Assembly: GCA_048940645.1 (NCBI GenBank)
Contig: JBHLOI010000061.1
Coordinates: 1-20,235, forward strand
Reading direction: 5' to 3'
Origin: Promethearchaeota archaeon
Lineage (GTDB): Archaea; Asgardarchaeota; Lokiarchaeia; Sigyniarchaeales; SOKP01
Length of the DNA: 20,235 nt
How positions within the stretch are numbered: position 1 is the stretch's first letter; every line of letters starts with the position of its first letter. The notes below the pieces were generated by a model that did not search any database, was not told the origin of the DNA, and was given only the letters and a program-made list of their open reading frames with translations. Shown in pieces: positions 9,026 through 16,736 of this stretch. Position numbers and translations under genes: made by a program.

Positions 9026-11020
9026 ATGGTTGAAAAAAAAGAAAAGATCGTCTTCGATGCTAATTTTTTTATTTGTGCCATCTCAATCAAAGCTAAAAAC
9101 TTTTTGAAAAATTTAGACTATGCAGGAAAGGAATTAGGACTTGATTATTATATTTCCGAAAAAGTATTTAATGAAATTAAAGCACCTCATACTTTTAAAG
9201 ACAGATTTAAAGCTTTTATAAATATTGAAAAAATTTTGCGATCTGAAATTCAGATGATAAAGGACGAGTTAAACAAATCGAACATCAAGTTCCCTGCTCA
9301 AGATCCTGATTTGTCATTAATAGCTTTGAGTGAAAGATTGATGGATGACGATTCAACGATACATATAGTTACGGATGATTTTAAATTAGCAAAAAATACA
9401 GCATCTATCTTGAAAAATAAAGTTAATATCTTATCTCTTTCAAGTTTTCTCCTTAAGATCAATAGGACAATACCAAATAAACATATGAGAAATTATTTTA
9501 AGACTTTATGGAGAAAAAGTTTGAATTACACATTACATTATATGATAGAACGAGCCCATGTTTACCCTGCTGAACAGAAAATACAATGGTTAATTGAAAA
9601 AGCTATAAATGTTACTCAAGACTCTATATTAACTCAAGATGTTCATTTTCTTAATAAAAGAGAGGAACCAATGAAATTTGAAATCGGAGTTAGCAAATAT
9701 TCTCAAGAAATCGCTATTGCCGAGAAATATATTGAAGATCAAAAATTACCGTTTAGTGAGGAAGAAAAAATTTATGAAATTCAAAATTATTTAGAAAATT
9801 TAAAGATTTCAAGAGAATATCTTAAGAGAGCGCGTGAATCTATTGTTAAAAATGAATCTAATGAGGCTGCTAAGCTCTTAAAAAAAGGTAACAGATTTTT
9901 AATTTCATTATTACAGTTAGCAGCGGGGGAATTAACTAAATTAAGAAGTTATGAGATTGTAGAATCTCTTATTTGCTCTGAGATATCTAAGATGGAGTTT
10001 TTACGGGCTTTTATTTTAGTCTCCTTAGGACGAGTTAATTCTGCTATAGATTCACTTGAAAGAGCTTCATTATTTTCAACCATAATACATAATCACCAAA
10101 CATGTTTAACTCTAAATTATGTTAAAGCACTTATCCTACTGTTTCATGGACTTTACGATAATGCAATTATGGCTTATAACTTCACTGAAGAGTTAGCAGA
10201 TATTTATAAGGATGATAAATTGAGATTGAAATGTCTAATAGGGAAATCTATTGCATTATATATTCAAGGAAAGGAGACAAAAACCGCGATGGGAATAATG
10301 GAAGAAGTGTCAAATATGGATTTTGAAAAAAACTTTTTAGATGCAATAATCGTTTTTGGTGAATTAGGAGATTATTTCCTAGCTTTGGGTCATTCGCAAC
10401 TTGCTACAAACCTTTATAATGAAGCGTTAGAAATTAGTATTGATTATAAACTGAAAGTTAGAAGTGAGATTCTCATTGAAAAATTAAAAAGAGCTTATAT
10501 CGCAACCGTATTGAACGGATATTCAGCAGAAGACATGATGGTTGATAAATTGGATTTATTATTAGACAAGGCATATTCCGTGAAAAACATTGAGAAGTAT
10601 AATGAACAGATTAAAAAAATATCAAGCTTTAATATTTTATTCTACACTCCCTTTCCATATATCTCTGGAAAAAAGAAACATATACAAGTCCTTAAATTAC
10701 CTAAGGAGCTTCAGGAAGATTATTTGGAAGTTGTACATTTTGAGAAACTAAGTAATGTAAAGGAGATTCAATATTTATTTATCATATCTCATTATGAATT
10801 AGGGTTATTAGGAATAATTGTTAGAACTGATGACAATCTTACTGGAATTGCAGAAAATTATTCTTTAAAATTAAAACCAGATGCAAAAGTAAAGATATAT
10901 AATCCCACAGATGAGTTAAAAGATAGTTTTTTAATACGTGCGATAATTGAAGTTTTAGGTAAAAATGGTTGTGAAATAGTATACTCCTTACCCTCTTTCT
11001 TTAAAGCACTTAATTTATAG
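9026..11020 (+). CDS. PIN-domain ribonuclease fused to TPR repeats
   Basis: PIN acidic residues in VFDANF, VFNEI, QDPDLSLIAL, IVTDDFKL. TPR-like units such as RAFILVSLGRVNSAIDSLERA and LGDYFLALGHSQLATNLYNEALEI. Confidence 0.8.
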   Translation: MVEKKEKIVFDANFFICAISIKAKNFLKNLDYAGKELGLDYYISEKVFNEIKAPHTFKDRFKAFINIEKILRSEIQMIKDELNKSNIKFPAQDPDLSLIALSERLMDDDSTIHIVTDDFKLAKNTASILKNKVNILSLSSFLLKINRTIPNKHMRNYFKTLWRKSLNYTLHYMIERAHVYPAEQKIQWLIEKAINVTQDSILTQDVHFLNKREEPMKFEIGVSKYSQEIAIAEKYIEDQKLPFSEEEKIYEIQNYLENLKISREYLKRARESIVKNESNEAAKLLKKGNRFLISLLQLAAGELTKLRSYEIVESLICSEISKMEFLRAFILVSLGRVNSAIDSLERASLFSTIIHNHQTCLTLNYVKALILLFHGLYDNAIMAYNFTEELADIYKDDKLRLKCLIGKSIALYIQGKETKTAMGIMEEVSNMDFEKNFLDAIIVFGELGDYFLALGHSQLATNLYNEALEISIDYKLKVRSEILIEKLKRAYIATVLNGYSAEDMMVDKLDLLLDKAYSVKNIEKYNEQIKKISSFNILFYTPFPYISGKKKHIQVLKLPKELQEDYLEVVHFEKLSNVKEIQYLFIISHYELGLLGIIVRTDDNLTGIAENYSLKLKPDAKVKIYNPTDELKDSFLIRAIIEVLGKNGCEIVYSLPSFFKALNL

Positions 11021-11021
11021 C

Positions 11022-11294
11022 TTAATCTTTTCTTAAACTTTTATCTCGCTGACTTATCTGGTGAGAATGAATAGCACAGCTAATACAATAGTATTTCGTC
11101 TTAGTGGGAGCTTGAATGATTGTTCCAGATTTTTTAAGCTCTGTATACATTCTTCCATCAACTAATGGAACTCTTCTTGTAACAGCCTTAGCTTTACTAC
11201 GAGCAACAAAACGCCCACACTTGGCACACTGAACTTTTGAGTGTTGACCTTTACTTGAACCGCTTTTACCACCACTTTTTCTCTTTTTCGGAAT
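11022..11294 (-). CDS. rps26e: Small-subunit ribosomal protein eS26 (S26e), 90 aa, probable ATT start; absent from the ORF track
   Basis: Manual translation: (M)PKKRKSGGKSGSSKGQHSKVQCAKCGRFVARSKAKAVTRRVPLVDGRMYTELKKSGTIIQAPTKTKYYCISCAIHSHQISQRDKSLRKD*. MPKKR N-terminus and two CxxC match archaeal eS26; it lies next to a CDP-alcohol phosphatidyltransferase, as I recall for TACK archaea. Confidence 0.93.
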   Translation of the reverse strand: MPKKRKSGGKSGSSKGQHSKVQCAKCGRFVARSKAKAVTRRVPLVDGRMYTELKKSGTIIQAPTKTKYYCISCAIHSHQISQRDKSLRKD

Positions 11295-11434
11295 TAAAAT
11301 CAGCCTTTTTAGTATAGTTTTAGATGAAATTAGTTCTAATTATTTGAATAAGATAAACCTTAAATAATTTATCCTTTCTCTCAAATTTTTAATATTATCA
11401 AGTGATTTTAATGTAAGGTTTTAGAAGAACTGCT

Positions 11435-12166
11435 TTATTTCGATTTTACTTTATCAATTTTATGCAAAGATTTCAATGAATATAAAATCCTCTGGAGGAT
11501 GGTAAAAACAAGTAATCCTGTATATATTATAATGAAAATTGGAAAAAATAATTTGAAATGAGAGCCATATATAAGATTAGATAAATAAAAGATCCAAAAC
11601 TCAGTAATAAAAGCGAACCACAAAATTATAAGTCTTTCAGCTCTTTCCATAAATCCTATTCCTTTCATTTCAACTCCAAGATTTTCAGCACGAGCTCTTA
11701 TATAAGAAATCATTATTACTAAAAAGAGAAGAATATAACCCCATAAATAATCGATTAAATTTCCAAATATCAGCCCTAAAATAATTACTGCGTCAGATAG
11801 TCTATCTAAATTTGAATCTAGGAATGCTCCTGCTCTTGAATTATGGCCAGTTCTTCTAGCAACTTCTCCATCAAAAACATCAAAAGCTCCCGCCCAAAAC
11901 ATTAGAAAAGGTACAATCCAAGCCAACCATATGGGAAAATGGAGTCCTCCAATTGAAATAAAGAAAGCAGCAGCAATAGAAAATATAAAACCAATAAAAG
12001 AAAGAGAATTAGGAGAGACATTGTGCTTAATTAAAAGCCTTACTGGACGATCAATAAATTTATCAAGTACCTTTCTTTGATTTTTTCTCTTTGTATTTGC
12101 TTTTTCTTTTTCATTCACTTTTATTGCCGCTTTCGAATTTAGAGATAATATAATTTTAACATTCAT
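11435..12166 (-). CDS. CDP-alcohol phosphatidyltransferase (probable archaetidylinositol phosphate synthase)
   Basis: Signature DVFDGEVARRTGHNSRAGAFLDSNLDRLSD; SPNSLS, SYIRARAE, GFMERAER. The true start may be GTG at 12118. Confidence 0.9.
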   Translation of the reverse strand: MNVKIILSLNSKAAIKVNEKEKANTKRKNQRKVLDKFIDRPVRLLIKHNVSPNSLSFIGFIFSIAAAFFISIGGLHFPIWLAWIVPFLMFWAGAFDVFDGEVARRTGHNSRAGAFLDSNLDRLSDAVIILGLIFGNLIDYLWGYILLFLVIMISYIRARAENLGVEMKGIGFMERAERLIILWFAFITEFWIFYLSNLIYGSHFKLFFPIFIIIYTGLLVFTILQRILYSLKSLHKIDKVKSK

Positions 12167-12182
12167 TAAAATAAAAAATTTT

Positions 12183-12782
12183 TCATATTAATAACTTTAA
12201 ATTTAATCTTATTAATCGAATTACGGAAGAAGCTAAATATGATTGAGTTCCTAAACTTAAACTTGGTAGATTTAACTCAATCAATTCTATTGATTTTAAT
12301 ATTTCACCAGTTTGACTGCCAATAACGAAAATAATATACTCTTGTGATAATATCTCCTTTAGGTATTTAAAGAAATCTTGTCCACTCTCATCTAGTACAT
12401 ATATAGAATATTTTTTTTCTTTATAGACTTTTAATGTAATAAAGATATCTTGATTAATGTATTTAATACCTTTTAAAGGGTTATTACTATACTTTAGCTG
12501 ACCAGTTCTATTTTGGATTAAATCTACAAAATATTCTGTAAGTAGAATTTCATTTTTTGGAAATATCCCCTCATCCAATGATTTAGGATCAAATATAAAA
12601 GTACCATATTTTTCTAAAAATACCCAAATTTGGATATTATTATTAAATCCATTTTGATTCAATAAGGCAGCTAGAATGCATCTTGAAATTACATCTAATC
12701 TTCCGGATGAACCAGGAATTTCTTTAATTGTGTAATTTGTAATATCTACACTACTAGATTTAATAAAGAAAAGTATTCCCAT
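12183..12782 (-). CDS. trmY: tRNA (pseudouridine54-N1)-methyltransferase, SPOUT family
   Basis: IPGSSGRLDVISRC, PKNE, YVLDESG, FVIGSQTG, SLSLGTQSYLAS. Confidence 0.82.
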   Translation of the reverse strand: MGILFFIKSSSVDITNYTIKEIPGSSGRLDVISRCILAALLNQNGFNNNIQIWVFLEKYGTFIFDPKSLDEGIFPKNEILLTEYFVDLIQNRTGQLKYSNNPLKGIKYINQDIFITLKVYKEKKYSIYVLDESGQDFFKYLKEILSQEYIIFVIGSQTGEILKSIELIELNLPSLSLGTQSYLASSVIRLIRLNLKLLI

Positions 12783-12826
12783 TAAAAATTAAGAATGAAT
12801 CCTAAAAGATAAAGAGTTTATTTTTT

Positions 12827-13141
12827 TTAATTTTCTTTTTCTATTTTTCTTTTTTTTAAAAACATTATTAGGTAAAACGTAGAACTCATAATAATGGCAA
12901 CAAAAATTACTCCAATAATCCCTGCGATATACTGATTTTCAATCCAACCTAATATTGGATTCCAAGGTGATTTTAAATTTTCAAGCCATGATTCACCAAA
13001 ATAATCGATTAATACTCTCTCTAATCCATCAGGATTCTCAGAAAGAATTCCTGAAGGATAGCCTATTGCTATAATCAAGATTAATAAAATAATAATTGTA
13101 GAAACTGTAATTATCGGCCATTTATATTTCTTTAAATTCAT
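12827..13141 (-). CDS. nikN: PDGLE-domain membrane protein (NikN-like ECF accessory component)
   Basis: SENPDGLE between two TM helices; 6 nt downstream of nikM. Confidence 0.82.
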   Translation of the reverse strand: MNLKKYKWPIITVSTIIILLILIIAIGYPSGILSENPDGLERVLIDYFGESWLENLKSPWNPILGWIENQYIAGIIGVIFVAIIMSSTFYLIMFLKKRKIEKEN

Positions 13142-13147
13142 AAACCC

Positions 13148-13819
13148 TTACTCCACCCCCAGAATAGATTCTGTTGTTATAAAGCTTGGTTTAGCTTTAT
13201 AAATATAGAAAATAATTAAAGCGGAGATGATCGCTTCACCAATACCAATTATTAAATGCCAAAATACCATCGCTGGTATTGAAATTTCAATTGGAATATC
13301 ACTTGCAACACCAATTTCAATTCCACATACTAAAGCTGCAAGAATAATAGCAAGATATGATCCAATAGCAGTAGAAATGGTCACTTTAATTTCTTTTTTT
13401 AAAGAAGTTTTATTAAACATTTTTACGAGAATTACAACAATATAAAATCCAATAATTCCCCCAATAATTCCCATATTGAAAGCATTTGCTCCTAATGCTG
13501 TAATACCTCCATCTCCAAATAAACTCTGGATAATAAGTATTAAAAAGAGTACAATTAGAGACGCCCAAGGTCCTAAAATAACTGCCACTAACGTCCCTCC
13601 TACTAAATGACCAGAAGTGCCACCAGGTATGGGATAATTAACAAATTGAAATGCAAAAATAACTGCCCCTAAAACGCCGATATATGGTATTAACTTCTCA
13701 GAATCTTCCTTCTCAAATACTCTACCCATTTTAAAATAGCCTAATATCATCATAAGTACTGTAACTATCCAAAGAAGCACTATGGTTATAGGATCCAATA
13801 AACCATCTGGTAAATGCAT
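13148..13819 (-). CDS. nikM: ECF Ni/Co transporter substrate-binding component (NikM/CbiM family; N-terminus is the Ni-type variant)
   Basis: MHLPDG N-terminus (NikM MHIPDG versus CbiM MHIMEG), GTSGHLVGG, FGDGGITALGAN, HLIIGIGE; SD AGGTG. Confidence 0.88.
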   Translation of the reverse strand: MHLPDGLLDPITIVLLWIVTVLMMILGYFKMGRVFEKEDSEKLIPYIGVLGAVIFAFQFVNYPIPGGTSGHLVGGTLVAVILGPWASLIVLFLILIIQSLFGDGGITALGANAFNMGIIGGIIGFYIVVILVKMFNKTSLKKEIKVTISTAIGSYLAIILAALVCGIEIGVASDIPIEISIPAMVFWHLIIGIGEAIISALIIFYIYKAKPSFITTESILGVE

Positions 13820-14019
13820 TTTATTCGCACCTATAAATTATTAACACTTAATTTTATTATCAATAAATATTATTAATTTATAATTTAGTATTACTTTTTA
13901 ATAATGTGATTATATTATAAAAAAGTATGAAGTAAGAAATAGACTATTAAAACAAAAAAATTAGCATAATTATTAACTGAAAAGACGAATAAAAAAGATC
14001 AGCACCAGGAAATAAACTT

Positions 14020-14826
14020 ATGAAGTCATATTTACCGTTTAAACATGAAAAGGAAAGAAATCTACTTAATGGTCTTCATCCGATAATTCGATTTTTACTA
14101 CCATTTTTGTTTGTTATACCTTTTCTAATCTTTAATAACGTCTTTCTTGTAATAACAGTTATTCTAATTGTAACTTGTATCAATATCTTTTTTAAATTAC
14201 ATATTTTCAAAACAATTTCAAGACTTAGAGTTTTAATACCATTTTTATTAATAATTTGTATTTTTATACCATTCTATTTAGGTAATACAATAATTTTTCA
14301 AATTAGAATCGGGATTGTCCTCAATATTTATTTAGAAGGTCTTAAAATGGCACTTCTTTTATTTTTTAGGATAATTGGGGCGGCTTTTACCTTCTTATCC
14401 TTCTTTTCTTCCTTAACATATTCCGAATTTATAGAAGCATTAACAAAAATCAGAATAATACCTGCATTTATTATTGGAAGCATTGTGATAATGCTTCATT
14501 ATATTCCAATTCTCGCAAGTTCTAATAGAAAAGTTTTAGACGCACAGGAATTAAGGGGAAAGAATTTAACCTCTTACTGGCAGAAACTTAAGACCCATGC
14601 ATTTATAATGGGAAAAAATATTGTGAATAACATGGAACGAAGTGAAAAATTATATGAAAGTTTAAAAATGAGAGGTTTTACTGGAAAGATTACTTTTGCT
14701 CCACGAAAATTAAAAATTTATGATTATCTCGTAGTTTTCTTAACACTAAGTCTTATTATTTCTCTCATATTTTTTATAAATTTAGAACAAATATATGTAG
14801 GGGTTTTTAGATTATTTTTGCCATAG
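14020..14826 (+). CDS. ECF transporter transmembrane T component (NikQ/CbiQ)
   Basis: LHP motif, hydrophobic core, AQELRG and ESLKMRGF coupling-helix motifs. Confidence 0.9.
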   Translation: MKSYLPFKHEKERNLLNGLHPIIRFLLPFLFVIPFLIFNNVFLVITVILIVTCINIFFKLHIFKTISRLRVLIPFLLIICIFIPFYLGNTIIFQIRIGIVLNIYLEGLKMALLLFFRIIGAAFTFLSFFSSLTYSEFIEALTKIRIIPAFIIGSIVIMLHYIPILASSNRKVLDAQELRGKNLTSYWQKLKTHAFIMGKNIVNNMERSEKLYESLKMRGFTGKITFAPRKLKIYDYLVVFLTLSLIISLIFFINLEQIYVGVFRLFLP

Positions 14827-15566
14827 AAGTTCAAAACCTTAATTTTAATTACAATTCAGGATTTGAAATTAAAAATTTATCTTTGAAAATCGAAGAAAAT
14901 TCAATTTATGCATTGATTGGAAATAATGGTTCAGGAAAAACCACATTATTACGATTATTAGTAGGTTTGTTAAAACCATCTTCTGGTATGATAAAAATTT
15001 TCAATGAACAATTAACTCGAAATAAAAATAAGCTTTGGGAAATGAGGAAATCAATTGGTTTCTTGTTTCAAAATCCGGATGATCAGCTTTTTGCTCCAAC
15101 CATAGGAGAAGATGTCAGTTTTGGTGCTAGAAATTTAAAACTAGATGATGATGAAGTAAATTTGAGGGTAAACTGGGCTCTTAATGCTGTGAAGATGACT
15201 GAATATAAAGATTACTCCCCATTTGATTTATCATGGGGCCAGAAGAAGAGAGTTGCTTTAGCGGGAATTTTAGTAATGAAACCTAAATTGTTGATTCTAG
15301 ATGAACCTTTTGCTAATCTTGATTTTAAATCAATTTATAATCATTTAGATATTTTAGAAAGGCTTAGAAAAGATGAAAAGCTAACTATTCTTTTCACAAC
15401 TCATAATCTCTTTTTTGTTAAAAATTGGGCAGAAAAAATGCTATTTCTAAATAAGGGAACAAATATATTTGAAGGAAAACCAGAAGAGGGATTAAATCAT
15501 CCTAAGGTTCAACAAGTTCTTGGTTCTTATGATGAGATACTGAGCCTTATCAGAAAAAATATATAA
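14811..15566 (+). CDS. ECF transporter ATPase (NikO/CbiO), probable ATT start upstream of the track's TTG
   Basis: Walker A GNNGSGKTT, FQNPDDQLF, LSWGQKKR, ILDEP, TTH. The frame extends 24 codons upstream (IIFAIEVQNLNFNYNSGFEIKNLS) to TAG at 14808-14810. Confidence 0.88.
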   Translation: MIFAIEVQNLNFNYNSGFEIKNLSLKIEENSIYALIGNNGSGKTTLLRLLVGLLKPSSGMIKIFNEQLTRNKNKLWEMRKSIGFLFQNPDDQLFAPTIGEDVSFGARNLKLDDDEVNLRVNWALNAVKMTEYKDYSPFDLSWGQKKRVALAGILVMKPKLLILDEPFANLDFKSIYNHLDILERLRKDEKLTILFTTHNLFFVKNWAEKMLFLNKGTNIFEGKPEEGLNHPKVQQVLGSYDEILSLIRKNI

Positions 15567-15601
15567 ATTTTTTAGCTATTTTGTTTTATTATATTATTGG
15601 G

Positions 15602-15688
15602 AAAATAATGATGGAGTAGTCGCATTTATCGAGGTCATATATGACTATGATGATTATATGTGCAAAAAAATGCGAACATCCTGAATTT
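15602..15688 (+). ncRNA. Candidate box C/D (K-turn) RNA
   Basis: C box ATGATGG (15608), D box CTGA (15681), canonical terminal K-turn geometry; internal TCGA-hairpin-ATGATGA as D'/C'. Confidence 0.55.
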
Positions 15689-15706
15689 AATAATCAATAA
15701 TTCAAA

Positions 15707-15785
15707 CTGCAAAAAATACGGGCTCTTAACCAAGCAAAGGTAAACACCAATGCGATGCGGTTCGAGTCAGCAACCCTAATTGCAG
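15707..15785 (+). ncRNA. Candidate structured RNA with tRNA-like T-arm
   Basis: Closing stem CTGCAA/TTGCAG; TGCGG-TTCGAGT-CAGCA; about 42% GC over 15701-15840 by hand count. Confidence 0.35.
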
Positions 15786-15873
15786 ATATGATTATGTCCC
15801 AAAACGGCATAGAGATTATTGCCTTCCACGAGAGAACTTTTCTGATTTTTATGGTGTATCCATGAAATGATTA

Positions 15874-16083
15874 AAAAGAGTTAGTGTATAAGGCTACAAT
15901 CTATGCTCACTTTTTTCTAAAATCGTAAAACTAAATCAATACTAGGATTAGAGAAATTTATAGAGTGAAGGTCCTTTTCTTTTAGTCTTTTTTTTTATTT
16001 TCTTTCAAAATTTAACCTAAACATTATTTTATAATGGGATAATAAGTGATAGAAAAGAGTTAGTGTTTCAGGCAACAAAACTA
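15874..16083. repeat. Two copies of a ~30-nt hairpin-forming direct repeat (15874-15903, 16053-16083)
   Basis: AAAAGAGTTAGTGTATAAGGCTACAATCTA versus AAAAGAGTTAGTGTTTCAGGCAACAAAACTA. Confidence 0.8.
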
Positions 16084-16085
16084 CA

Positions 16086-16556
16086 TTATAATAGACCGAG
16101 AGTATCTGAGCTAAATAATTCTTTTAACTCTTTATTAATTTCACCCTGATCTGCTTGAAGGTAGCGGTTTAAAATTGTTGTTATTCTGGGAGCATATTTT
16201 TTCATAATTGCACGTACAAATCCTATTTGTACATTTTTATCTGTTGCGATACAGAGAATTCCTTTACCGACTTTAACTGAAAATATCATACCTTTGTAAT
16301 ATTCAGTAAATTGGAGATCAATATCTCCATATCCTAAAATATGTCCTTGTTCTTCTCCTGCTGTAAAGACTGCTCCCCCTATTGCCCCAATTTTCTCAAC
16401 AGAAATATCATCTTCATTTATAAACGCAAATTTAGCCTCACTCATTATTGTTATTCCAGTATCATCAATAAGAATAACATTTTTTAATCCGGGCGTGCTA
16501 TTGATTATATCATGTATTATTTTCTTTAACAATGCCTCATCTTGGGAATAACTCAA
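16086..16556 (-). CDS. Roadblock/LC7 (MglB/LAMTOR-like) domain protein
   Basis: TPGLKNVILIDDTGITI, EKIGAIGGAVF, QIGFVRAIMKK pattern; TTG start with SD GAGGT. Confidence 0.88.
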   Translation of the reverse strand: MSYSQDEALLKKIIHDIINSTPGLKNVILIDDTGITIMSEAKFAFINEDDISVEKIGAIGGAVFTAGEEQGHILGYGDIDLQFTEYYKGMIFSVKVGKGILCIATDKNVQIGFVRAIMKKYAPRITTILNRYLQADQGEINKELKELFSSDTLGLL

Positions 16557-16644
16557 TAGCCTTAACCTCAGAATATGTTATAAAGAATTTATTTAAAAAT
16601 CACATAAAATTCAATCTTTCTTACTTACTAAGTAAAGCTTCATC

Positions 16645-16675
16645 TATAAAAATTTAATTCGCATATTCGCATATT
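16645..16675 (-). promoter_or_regulatory. Putative TATA box (TTTTTATA) with an upstream 8-bp tandem repeat
   Basis: Minus strand reads AATATGCGAATATGCGAATTAAATTTTTATA, about 90 nt upstream of the Roadblock start. Confidence 0.4.
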
Positions 16676-16736
16676 AATGGTCTGCCTTGCGTTACAAATA
16701 AAATCTAAAAAGTAAAATAAGAATAACCTAAATTCA

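Noticed and set aside
13888-13915. Canonical NikR operator (GTATTA-N16-TTATAT)
   Set aside because: The second half-site is a poor match and the region is extremely AT-rich.
15602-15688. Lokiarchaeal SECIS element
   Set aside because: It has an AUGA/GA core, but the upstream ATPase has no in-frame TGA and the SECIS helix-II/apical-AA geometry is not met.
15600-15900. RNase P RNA, SRP RNA, 5S rRNA, or SAM-I/cobalamin riboswitch
   Set aside because: Only isolated short matches (e.g. CAGCAACC, GAGTCAG); the remaining conserved cores were not found on either strand by eye.
15874-16083. CRISPR mini-array, or spliceosomal branch point (CACTAAC plus pyrimidine tract on the minus strand)
   Set aside because: Only two imperfect copies about 150 nt apart and no cas genes; no split ORF or splice-site context, so the branch-point likeness is treated as coincidence.
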